Assembly: GCA_004556455.1 (NCBI GenBank)
Contig: SFGY01000005.1
Location: 356 to 64,355, forward strand
Direction: 5' to 3'
DNA length: 64,000 bases
From: Clostridiales bacterium
GTDB lineage: Bacteria; Bacillota; Clostridia; Saccharofermentanales; DTU023
Within the stretch, counting starts at the first letter, position 1; every line of letters begins with the position of its first letter. The translations under genes were made by a program, and so were the position numbers. This document shows, piece by piece, positions 26,120-33,941 of the stretch. The notes under the pieces were generated by a model. It was given only the letters and a program-made list of their open reading frames with translations, was not told the origin of the DNA and did not search any database.

Positions 26120-27547
26120 CTAATCTGGCCCGAAGACAGGCAGGCCCGGAGGATGGATTTCGTCCGGGGTTTGTTCGGCAAAGTCGAGGTCACGCTGAAG
26201 CACAGCCCAGCTTACGCTCTTTTCGCCGAAGCGCCCGCGCAGGTTGTAAATACAGTCCTCAATTTTCTCCAGGCGCTCTAGCTCGCGTGCATCTGAAAAA
26301 AAGTTCAGCTGCAGCGGCTGCTCCAGGGGAATGAGCTGGATGGCACGGATGCCCACGGCTCTAAGCGGTACCGGCATCTCGCTCATGCGGGTGAAGAGTT
26401 TATAGGCGCAGCGTGCAAGATACACGCTGCTGTGGCTGGGGTAGGGCAGAGGCGTCTGAAACTCTTCCTCGAAGAAGTTCTGATCGCGCAGGCTGATTTG
26501 CACACCGCCTGCGCGAAAGCCTCCGCTCCGTAAACGCAGGCCAACATTCTGGGCGAGGGCCAGGAAAACCGGCCAGAGGCTTTCTTTGCTGACGAGATCG
26601 TGGCGCAGGGTAAGACTGTGTCCGATACTCCTGACGGGCCCTCTCTCACCCAGTACGCGCACGCGCCCGTCATCCCAGCCGTTAGCCCAGCGCCAGAGGC
26701 GATAGCCGTTGATGCCGAGGCGGCGCTGCAGCAGTTCTGCCGGGGCGCGGGCGAGCTGGCCGATGGTGCTGATGCCCCAGAGGTTGAGCTTTCGTTTAGT
26801 CGCTGGGCCGACGCCCAGAAGGTCTTCGACTGGCAGGTTCCAGACCCTTTCGGGAATGTCTTCGCTGCGCAGGACGGTGACCGCATCTGGTTTTTTCATG
26901 TCGCTGCCGAGTTTGGCAAAGACCTTGTTGATACTGACGCCCACGGAAATGGTCAGACCCAGCTCCCGCTTGATACGCTGCCGCAGCAGCTCGGCGATGT
27001 CTTCGGGAGAGCCAAAAAGCTGGCGGCTGCCCCGTACATCCAGCCAGCATTCATCGAGGCCAAAGGGCTCGACCTGATTGCTGACCTCAGCGTAAATGGC
27101 CCGTGCCCGTTTGGAATAATGCACATAAGCTTCGTAGTGAGGAGGCACGATGTGGAGCTGGGGACATTTGCTCTGCGCCTGCCAGATGGTCTCGCCAGTT
27201 TTAACTCCCTGAATTTTCGCTTCCTGTGACTTGGCCAGTACAATCCCGTGGCGGTCTTCTACCGAGCCACAGACGGCCAAGGGCAGACCTTTGAAGGCTG
27301 GGTTCAGGACTTGTTCGACGGAAGCATAGTAGGCATTCATATCGCAGTGCAGAATACCCAGGCGGGGTTCCTGGCAACGGAGCTTGTCTGAGCCTCTGCC
27401 TGCTGCGCCTGCACCTGCGGTGTCTGAGCCGCTGCCCACTGTGCCTGAACCAGCGATACCCGGGCTTCTGCCTGCGCCTGCGATACCTGTGAGTGCAGTT
27501 GCTGAAGACCGTCTGCCGCTCGTTTTGGCAGGAATAAGTTCACCCAT
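26120..27547 (-). CDS. dinB: Y-family DNA polymerase (DinB/Pol IV-like) with a ~60-aa Gly/Ala/Ser-rich N-terminal extension
   Basis: ILHCDMNAYYASVEQ, LAVCGSVEDRHGIVLAKS, PFGLDECWLDV, ISVGVSINKVFAKLGSDMKKPD. ATG 27547 follows a strong GAGGAGG, and no alternative ATG lies closer to the catalytic core. Confidence 0.85.
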   Translation of the reverse strand: MGELIPAKTSGRRSSATALTGIAGAGRSPGIAGSGTVGSGSDTAGAGAAGRGSDKLRCQEPRLGILHCDMNAYYASVEQVLNPAFKGLPLAVCGSVEDRHGIVLAKSQEAKIQGVKTGETIWQAQSKCPQLHIVPPHYEAYVHYSKRARAIYAEVSNQVEPFGLDECWLDVRGSRQLFGSPEDIAELLRQRIKRELGLTISVGVSINKVFAKLGSDMKKPDAVTVLRSEDIPERVWNLPVEDLLGVGPATKRKLNLWGISTIGQLARAPAELLQRRLGINGYRLWRWANGWDDGRVRVLGERGPVRSIGHSLTLRHDLVSKESLWPVFLALAQNVGLRLRSGGFRAGGVQISLRDQNFFEEEFQTPLPYPSHSSVYLARCAYKLFTRMSEMPVPLRAVGIRAIQLIPLEQPLQLNFFSDARELERLEKIEDCIYNLRGRFGEKSVSWAVLQRDLDFAEQTPDEIHPPGLPVFGPD

Positions 27548-27560
27548 AGAGGCCTCCTCA

Positions 27561-27638
27561 AAATCAGCTCAGATAGCTCAGATGAAGTCTGTGAAATCAA
27601 CTCAAATGAAGTCTGTAAAATCAGTTCAGATAAAGTCT
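27561..27638. promoter_or_regulatory. Iterated operator-like motif in the dinB / XRE divergent region
   Basis: AAATCAGCTCAGATA (27561), AAATCAACTCAAATG (27594) and AAATCAGTTCAGATA (27618) are embedded in ~24-bp tandem units ctcagatgaagtctgtgaaatcaa / ctcaaatgaagtctgtaaaatcag. Confidence 0.45.
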
Positions 27639-27645
27639 TTTTTTC

Positions 27646-27675
27646 TTGACCCCACTGTGTTGGGCGGGATATACT
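27646..27675 (+). promoter_or_regulatory. Putative sigma-A promoter for the XRE-ImmA operon
   Basis: TTGACC (27646-27651), an 18-nt spacer, then TATACT (27670-27675). Confidence 0.4.
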
Positions 27676-27686
27676 GTGTTCGTAAA

Positions 27687-27725
27687 TGAAAGTACTTTCA
27701 CCTCTGTTGCACAGCATAGGTGCAA
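27687..27725. promoter_or_regulatory. Two palindromes downstream of the putative promoter (candidate repressor operators)
   Basis: A perfect 14-bp palindrome TGAAAGTACTTTCA lies at 27687-27700. The inverted repeat TTGCAC-N7-GTGCAA lies at 27707-27725. Confidence 0.4.
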
Positions 27726-27795
27726 ATAGTTTCATTGTCAACTGAAACTTGTTGCTTAATGCCTTGCTTAAGGCTTTGATGACGGGAGAAAAAAG

Positions 27796-28170
27796 GTGTT
27801 CGGTTCAAAAGTCAGAGATCTTCGTATTCGTAATAATCTCACACAGAAAGAGCTGGCCGCGCAACTTGGTGTTTCAACGCGCAGTCTGATCAACTATGAA
27901 ACAGGGCGCTGCTATCCCCGCCAGGCTTCGGTTGTGGCGCGTCTGGCAGAACTTCTCCATGTCTCCGCAGATTATCTGCTCTCAGACGGAGAGGAATCTG
28001 CTGCAAGCCATGAGACACAGGATGCACGTGCCGCCGACCGTCTTGTCAAAGAGCTTTCAGCCATGTTTGCAGGCGGACGCCTGAGCGAAGAAGACCGCGA
28101 TGCAGCCATGGAAGCGATACAACAGGCTTACTGGGACGGACGGCGTAATTCGCGCGAAAAAAAGAATTAG
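27796..28170 (+). CDS. XRE-family helix-turn-helix transcriptional regulator
   Basis: GTG start after GGGAG. VRDLRIRNNLTQKELAAQLGVSTRSLINYETGR is a canonical Cro/C1-type HTH. Confidence 0.85.
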   Translation: MFGSKVRDLRIRNNLTQKELAAQLGVSTRSLINYETGRCYPRQASVVARLAELLHVSADYLLSDGEESAASHETQDARAADRLVKELSAMFAGGRLSEEDRDAAMEAIQQAYWDGRRNSREKKN

Positions 28171-28191
28171 TCTGGGCGGGAAGTTCTTTTT

Positions 28192-28737
28192 ATGGCTCAG
28201 CGGAGAGCAATTCAAAGGGCGGAAGCAGCTGTCCGTAAGCTCCTTGCCTCCTGGGGAACTCGCGATGTGGAGCAACTTTGCAGGAATCTTGGCATCGCGC
28301 TTTATCCACGCTCAAATTTCCACCAGCTGAAAGGGATGTATGCCGTAGTGGAAGGGCGTCCCTGTATTTTTTATAAGGACAGCCTCAGCGAAGAGGATAA
28401 AAAACTGATTCTGGCCCATGAGCTGGGGCATGATCAGCTGCACCGTGAACTCGCGGGAAAGCAGATTCTCATCCGCGACCACATGTTTTTAGATATGAGC
28501 AGTCGTCCGGAGCTTGAGGCGAATCTCTTTGCTGCGGAGCTGTTGATTTCGGATGAAAGCTTTCTGGATTATGCAGAGCAGGGTTACAGCCTGGAGCAAG
28601 TTGCGGCGGCCTTGGCTTTTCCCGCGGATCTTCTGCGTCTGAAGGCGGAAATTCTCAGGGAGAAGGGCGAGCCTCTCCACCTCAGTGAGCCCTTGCCGGC
28701 GCACTTTTCTTTCGAAAGGGGAAAGGATAAAATTTAA
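28192..28737 (+). CDS. ImmA/IrrE-family (COG2856) zinc metallopeptidase
   Basis: It carries the HEXXH motif LILAHELGHDQLH and a downstream E(ANLFAAELL). It sits immediately after an XRE gene, the classic pairing. Confidence 0.8.
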   Translation: MAQRRAIQRAEAAVRKLLASWGTRDVEQLCRNLGIALYPRSNFHQLKGMYAVVEGRPCIFYKDSLSEEDKKLILAHELGHDQLHRELAGKQILIRDHMFLDMSSRPELEANLFAAELLISDESFLDYAEQGYSLEQVAAALAFPADLLRLKAEILREKGEPLHLSEPLPAHFSFERGKDKI

Positions 28738-28740
28738 GAC

Positions 28741-30138
28741 ATGAAAACCACGTCATGCCCGAAAAGATTTTTCAGCCTTCTCTTGCTTGGCTTTTTCCTG
28801 CTCACCCAGGGTTTTGCTTTATCTTCCTGCTCTGTTATTCAGAGGGCCGAAAGAGCTCCGCTTACGGTTGCCCGATATGGCGGCGGAGGACGCAAGAGCA
28901 GTCTGGATATCGTACAGAACTTTCCCTTCCGCGCCCCCGGATCCCCTGAAGAAAGGGCTCTGGCCGACTGGCTTAAAGCGGAACTTGAACGCCTGGGTCT
29001 GCAGGTTGAGATGCAGAGTTTTCAAGTGGGAGGTAAAAGCTCGCAGAATGTTTTGGCCACGATTAAAGGAAAGGGTTTAAAGCCTGCAGAGTCGCAGGAG
29101 GACGAGCAAATGGCCAAAAGTGCCGAAATGCAGCATCCTGCTGATCTGGAAGGTCGGCGCATTATTCTCGGCGCACACTATGACACTCTTTACAGCCGTG
29201 CGCAGGCGGAAGAAAAAGATCAGGAAGCTCAGGCGGCGGAAGTCGATGAAGAGGGAAATCCTGTGGCGAGTGACCCTAACCTGCCTAAATTGGCTCAAAG
29301 TGATGGCATCGACGATAATGCCGCAGCCCTCGGCGTCCTTTTGCAGACCGCCAGGCTTCTGGCAGCAAGGCCAGCTGCCTATGATGTGACCATCGCCTTT
29401 TTTGGCGCGGGACATGCTGATTTTGCGGGGGCTCAATTTGCAGCCGATCAGCTGAGTCCTGCTGAGCGTGGAAAAATTGATGCGCTCGTCGTTTTAGATT
29501 CTATTTATGCAGGGGACAAGGTTTATGCTCATGCAGGTCAAAATTCTGTGGAGAGCGGCGAAAAGAAAAAATATGCTTTGCGACGCAAACTCTATGAGTG
29601 TACCGACGTCTACTACGATAATCTTCTGCTGACCCGCAACGGTTTTGCCCTTTATACCAATCAGGCCGGCTGCGAAAAGGATTTGGCGGGCGTGGGAAAC
29701 TGCATTTACCGCGAGTGGACAGAAAAGAGAAGCGATCACAGTCCCTTCGATCAGCTGGGGATTCCCGTCGTCTTTTTCGACTCCGGCGACTATGATATTG
29801 AGCAATGTGACAGCCCGGTTAAAGAGAGCAACGATCCCTTTTTTGCCTCTGTGAATGGCATGATTGCCGGCAACGGTTTTGACAGCAGCGACCGCCTGCT
29901 CAATTATTTTGTCTCTGAAAAGCAGCAGAAGAATCGTGACCGCTTTGGCCGTTCAGAAGAAACAAGTCCGCTCAGCGAAGAGCGTCAAAGTGTGGCTGCG
30001 GAAAGCAGCCAGGATGATTATCTGAGCGAGGCGGATCGCCTGGAAATTCGCATCAATAATCTCGCTTTTATTCTCGAACAGCTTTGCCGCAATGTTCCGC
30101 CGGGAACCGTGGCCAAAGGAGCAAAGGAGCTTTCATAA
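28741..30138 (+). CDS. M28-family metallopeptidase lipoprotein
   Basis: The lipobox is FALSSC. Metal-ligand regions are ILGAHYDT, GIDDNAAALGVLL and FFGAGHADFAG, plus HSPFDQLGIPVVFF. Confidence 0.75.
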   Translation: MKTTSCPKRFFSLLLLGFFLLTQGFALSSCSVIQRAERAPLTVARYGGGGRKSSLDIVQNFPFRAPGSPEERALADWLKAELERLGLQVEMQSFQVGGKSSQNVLATIKGKGLKPAESQEDEQMAKSAEMQHPADLEGRRIILGAHYDTLYSRAQAEEKDQEAQAAEVDEEGNPVASDPNLPKLAQSDGIDDNAAALGVLLQTARLLAARPAAYDVTIAFFGAGHADFAGAQFAADQLSPAERGKIDALVVLDSIYAGDKVYAHAGQNSVESGEKKKYALRRKLYECTDVYYDNLLLTRNGFALYTNQAGCEKDLAGVGNCIYREWTEKRSDHSPFDQLGIPVVFFDSGDYDIEQCDSPVKESNDPFFASVNGMIAGNGFDSSDRLLNYFVSEKQQKNRDRFGRSEETSPLSEERQSVAAESSQDDYLSEADRLEIRINNLAFILEQLCRNVPPGTVAKGAKELS

Positions 30139-30590
30139 TGTGGATATTCTGGTTGGTCCTTATTGTACTTTTTCTTATTGCTGAAGCAGTGACCGTCAAT
30201 ATGACGACGATCTGGTTTGCGGCAGGTGCGCTGGCCTCTCTGATTGCCAATCTGCTGAACGTGGAGCTCTGGTTGCAGCTGCTGATCTTTTTCCTCGTTT
30301 CGGTTGTCTGTCTGCTGCTGTTTATCCTCGTTTTCAAACCGCGGATGGCCCCTCTGATCAAAAGGCCGGTATCCACTAATGCCGATCGCATTATCGGGGA
30401 AGAAGCTCGTGTCATTAAAGATATACTGCCGCTCAAAAAGGCCGGGCAGATCGAGGTCCTGGGTCAGATATGGTCGGCCATTGCGGAGGATGGGCAGAGC
30501 AGCATCCCGGAAGGTGCAACAGTCAGAGTGTTGGCGATCCATGGAGTTAAAGCTGTGGTCCGGCCCACAGACCCTGTGTCAGTGTCTTAA
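30138..30590 (+). CDS. NfeD-family membrane protein (short form)
   Basis: ATG overlaps the M28 stop (TAATG). There are three N-terminal TM helices, then an OB-fold-like tail GEEARVIKDILPLKKAGQIEVLGQIWSAIAEDGQSSIPEGATVRVLAIHGVKAVV. Confidence 0.8.
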   Translation: MWIFWLVLIVLFLIAEAVTVNMTTIWFAAGALASLIANLLNVELWLQLLIFFLVSVVCLLLFILVFKPRMAPLIKRPVSTNADRIIGEEARVIKDILPLKKAGQIEVLGQIWSAIAEDGQSSIPEGATVRVLAIHGVKAVVRPTDPVSVS

Positions 30591-30740
30591 ACTGTAAGCT
30601 TTGGGTTTTGACATAAAATTAACGTCGAGCTGACGAAAGTTTTAAGCAGAAATTGTTCTGTTCTGGCACAATATTTAAGGCGTGTTCTTACACAGGAGCA
30701 AAAGCGCCAGGCCGCCGCTGCTTTATAGAAAGGAATCATT

Positions 30741-31826
30741 ATGTTTCTTAGCATTCAAAACGGTTTTTCTGAGGACCGTATCGGTTCTCTCATCGCTCTT
30801 ATTTTTCTCGCCCTCGTGCTTCTGATTATCCTCATTCGCAATATTCGCGTCGTACCCCAGGCTCATAATTTCATCATTGAACGGCTGGGAACCTACAAAG
30901 CCACCTGGGACACCGGCCTTCATATGAAAGTGCCGTTTATTGATAAAGTGATCAAAAATATCTCGCTGAAAGAAAAGGTGGCGGATTTCGAGCCGCAGGC
31001 TGTGATCACCAAGGATAACGTCACCATGCAGATCGACACTGTGGTGTTTTACCAGATTGTCGACCCTAAGCTCTACACCTACGGCATCGAGAATCCTATT
31101 TCGGCCATCGAAAATCTTTCGGCAACGACTCTGCGTAACATCATCGGTGACCTGGAACTCGACGAAACGCTGACCTCCCGCGATGTCATTAACACGAGAA
31201 TGCGGGAAACGCTGGATATTGCCACAGATCCCTGGGGCATTAAAGTCAATCGCGTCGAACTGAAAAACATCATTCCGCCGAAAGAAATTCAGACCGCCAT
31301 GGAACGGCAGATGAAAGCGGAGCGTGAAAAACGCGAAAATATCCTGCGCGCTGAGGGCCAGAAGGAAGCGGCCATCCGTGTGGCCGAAGGTGAAAAAGAG
31401 GCGGCTATTCTTCGTGCAGAAGCGAAAAAGGAACAGGCCATTCGCGTGGCCGAAGGTCAGGCTCAGGCCATTCTCAAGGTGCAGGAAGCCACGGCCAAGG
31501 GTCTGGCCATGATTAAGGATGTGCAGGCCGATAAGAGCCTTATCGCTCTGAAAGGCCTTGAAGCCCTGACCAAGGTTGCTGATGGCCGCGCGACCAAGAT
31601 TATTATCCCTTCAAATATGCAAGGCATCGCTTCTGCCGCTGTCTCCATCAAGGAAATGATCACAGATCCTCAATTTTCTCCCGATCAGGTTGCAGAAAAA
31701 ACGGAGGCGGTGTCCCCCGTAGAAGAAAAATGGAGACCCGAAGCAGACGAGCGCAAACTCACGCAGTCGGCTGATGACCCCCTGTCAGGGCATCACTTTG
31801 AGCCTTCTGGCTTCTCCAAGATCTAA
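30741..31826 (+). CDS. SPFH/Band-7 (stomatin/QmcA-like) membrane protein
   Basis: It has an N-terminal TM, then RVVPQAHNFIIERLGTYKATWDTGLH, ITKDNVTMQIDTVVFYQIVDP and an EAERE-rich coiled coil. It is the partner of the upstream NfeD. Confidence 0.9.
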   Translation: MFLSIQNGFSEDRIGSLIALIFLALVLLIILIRNIRVVPQAHNFIIERLGTYKATWDTGLHMKVPFIDKVIKNISLKEKVADFEPQAVITKDNVTMQIDTVVFYQIVDPKLYTYGIENPISAIENLSATTLRNIIGDLELDETLTSRDVINTRMRETLDIATDPWGIKVNRVELKNIIPPKEIQTAMERQMKAEREKRENILRAEGQKEAAIRVAEGEKEAAILRAEAKKEQAIRVAEGQAQAILKVQEATAKGLAMIKDVQADKSLIALKGLEALTKVADGRATKIIIPSNMQGIASAAVSIKEMITDPQFSPDQVAEKTEAVSPVEEKWRPEADERKLTQSADDPLSGHHFEPSGFSKI

Positions 31827-31830
31827 ATCC

Positions 31831-31858
31831 CAGGGCTGCGCCATGTCGCAGCCCTTTT
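31831..31858 (+). terminator. Rho-independent terminator after the SPFH gene
   Basis: AGGGCTGCG (31831-31839), loop ccatgt, CGCAGCCCT (31846-31854), then TTTTG. Confidence 0.65.
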
Positions 31859-31873
31859 GCTGAGAGGAAAACT

Positions 31874-33112
31874 ATGCTTCGTTCGATTCATATTGAGCAG
31901 TTCGGTATTCTCAAAGATGTGACGATCGGACCGACGTCCGAAGAAATTCAGGCGGCTTTACAGAGGAAAGAGAAAATCTCAGGCGGCCTGAGCGCTCTCA
32001 GTTGTTTTATTGGCCGGAACGGCACGGGCAAAAGTGCTTTCCTGGGCAGCATCAGTTTTATCCGCGATGCCTTGCTCTATGGTCTTCCCCATGCGTCCAG
32101 CAGCGGCCAGCGTGGAGGTTTTGCCCGCCTGCGCACACGCCAGCTCCCGCTCTATGAGGGTGAAATCTGGAGCCTGGAAAGCAGAATCCCGCGCACTTTC
32201 CCGGAGAATAGCAGAGCTGCGGCTGAAGGATCTTCTGAGAAGAAAAATATGGTCTTTGATTTCATCTATGAACGGCGACCGGAACAGTTTCTTCACTACC
32301 ATATCAGCATGAATGGAGATAAACACAGCCGCCCCTTTATTTATGAAGAAACCGTACGCCTGCTCAGCTCTGAGGGAGAAAAAGAGTTGCTCTCGGTTCG
32401 TGAGGGAAAAGGCCATGTGAGTTCAGAGCGCTTTGGCAATGACGAAGTCCAGCTGCTGGACGAAAAGGTTCCGGCCCTCTCGCTCTTTGGACGCATGCTC
32501 CAGTACAAAGAGCTCTGCTGGCTTTATCTACAGCTCACCAGCAGCTTTGTCTGCCGCCCTGCGGAGATGCCAGATAAGGGGCTTTTAGCGAAAGAAAAGG
32601 GAGGGCATAAGCATCTCAATGAGCGCATGGATAATCTGCGTAATGTCCTGAATTACCGGGAAAAGGAAGACCCTAAGGCTTACGAACAGCTGCTCTCGCG
32701 CATTCTGGATCAGGTTCCTGATTACAAGAAGGTCGGTGATGCGTTTCTGGATCAGGGTATTTCCTCAGGAAATCTGAGACTTTTTGCTCTGCTGCTTCTG
32801 CTCGAAGATCCGCGTACTCTGATCTGTATCGATGAGCCTGACAACGGTCTCTATCACGATATGATCGAGGCCCTGATGCAGGCCACGCGCCACTACATTC
32901 TGGAGCAGAAGGACGCTCAGATTTTCCTTACGACTCACAACAGTTCGGTGCTCGAGGCTCTGAGCCCGGAAGAAGTATGGGCCTTCGAGCGCAGGAACGA
33001 TGGACGGATTCACGTGCGCTCCCTGGCGCAGGATGAGATTGTCCGTCAGATGTATAAAGAAGGCATCAATATGGGGATGCTCTGGTACGGCGGCCATCTG
33101 GGTGTCAACTGA
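31874..33112 (+). CDS. ABC/SMC-like AAA ATPase (AAA_21 / COG4637-like)
   Basis: Walker A is GRNGTGKS, the signature-like segment is ISSGNLRLFALLLLL, Walker B is LICIDEPDNGLYHD and the H-loop is FLTTHN. The C-terminal GMLWYGGHLG tail is typical of this ATPase group. Confidence 0.8.
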   Translation: MLRSIHIEQFGILKDVTIGPTSEEIQAALQRKEKISGGLSALSCFIGRNGTGKSAFLGSISFIRDALLYGLPHASSSGQRGGFARLRTRQLPLYEGEIWSLESRIPRTFPENSRAAAEGSSEKKNMVFDFIYERRPEQFLHYHISMNGDKHSRPFIYEETVRLLSSEGEKELLSVREGKGHVSSERFGNDEVQLLDEKVPALSLFGRMLQYKELCWLYLQLTSSFVCRPAEMPDKGLLAKEKGGHKHLNERMDNLRNVLNYREKEDPKAYEQLLSRILDQVPDYKKVGDAFLDQGISSGNLRLFALLLLLEDPRTLICIDEPDNGLYHDMIEALMQATRHYILEQKDAQIFLTTHNSSVLEALSPEEVWAFERRNDGRIHVRSLAQDEIVRQMYKEGINMGMLWYGGHLGVN

Positions 33113-33113
33113 G

Positions 33114-33941
33114 ATGCGCATTGAAGTCCTCTGTGAAGATAAATCCTCGGTCAGGGTGCTGAAAAAAATACTGGGGGACCTTCTTTTCTTTGGTCGCGAG
33201 CCCCTTTTTCCCGCAGCCGTCCAAGCTGCGGTTGAATCAACTCCAGGAGGAAAGGGCCTGGCTTTATGGCCCGGCGTGTCAGAGGAGAGCGAGCATCTGC
33301 TTTCACAAAATGGGGTTGTTCTCGACATTCATCCCCATCGCGGCAAGGGTTATATTCCTGCGAACCTTTTTGAAAAACCGGAGTATAGCCGCAGCGGCCT
33401 GCTCAATCTGCTCCCGGCCAAGCTCAGGGCTTATGCGCATTTGAATCGGGAAGAGGGACTGATCGTCTGCGTTGTTCTTGATTCAGACGATGATGATGTG
33501 AACAGGCTCTACCAGAAGATCGAGGCGCTCATTCGCCACTGCGCGCCGGGACGTTTCTTTGTGATCGGCATATCCGTCGAAGAGATGGAGGCCTGGCTGC
33601 TGGGAGATCCTCTTGCCCTCTGTCAGGCCTTTCCGGAAGCCGACCTGGCTCTCCTGAAATCCTACACTCAGGACGGCATCTGCGGGACCTGGGAGTTATT
33701 GGCACAAATCATTGAAGGTCAGGAGAAGGGTCGGGAACTTGCCCGTATCGGCTACCCTGCTGTGGGAATATATAAAGCGAAATGGGCCGAGGCTATTGCC
33801 CCATGGCTGGATCCTGAGCGCAATCAATCGCCGAGCTTGCAGAACTTCATCCATCGCTTTCGCACTATGGTTCGCCTTGCCGCCGGGAACGACAGGTCAG
33901 GACGCGCTGCAAAACAGACTTCGAAGCAGGACGACGCATGA
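33114..33941 (+). CDS. DUF4276-like / TOPRIM-like protein (putative nuclease partner of the upstream ATPase)
   Basis: ATG lies 1 nt after the ATPase stop. Motifs are MRIEVLCEDKSS (conserved Glu after the first strand), IVCVVLDSDDDD (DxD) and SVEEMEAWLLGD. The stop overlaps the hemW start (ATGA). Confidence 0.6.
   Translation: MRIEVLCEDKSSVRVLKKILGDLLFFGREPLFPAAVQAAVESTPGGKGLALWPGVSEESEHLLSQNGVVLDIHPHRGKGYIPANLFEKPEYSRSGLLNLLPAKLRAYAHLNREEGLIVCVVLDSDDDDVNRLYQKIEALIRHCAPGRFFVIGISVEEMEAWLLGDPLALCQAFPEADLALLKSYTQDGICGTWELLAQIIEGQEKGRELARIGYPAVGIYKAKWAEAIAPWLDPERNQSPSLQNFIHRFRTMVRLAAGNDRSGRAAKQTSKQDDA

Noticed and set aside
27687-27700. LexA (Cheo) box upstream of the XRE operon / dinB
   Set aside because: The palindrome core is GAAAGTACTTTC, whereas the Firmicute LexA consensus is GAAC-N4-GTTC. 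Both half-sites deviate at the most conserved position, so I list it only as a generic candidate operator.
30664-30680. Sigma-54 type promoter (TGGCAC-N5-TT..) upstream of the SPFH gene
   Set aside because: The -24 element TGGCAC is present, but the -12 element reads TTAAG instead of TTGC(A/T). No enhancer-binding protein gene is nearby.
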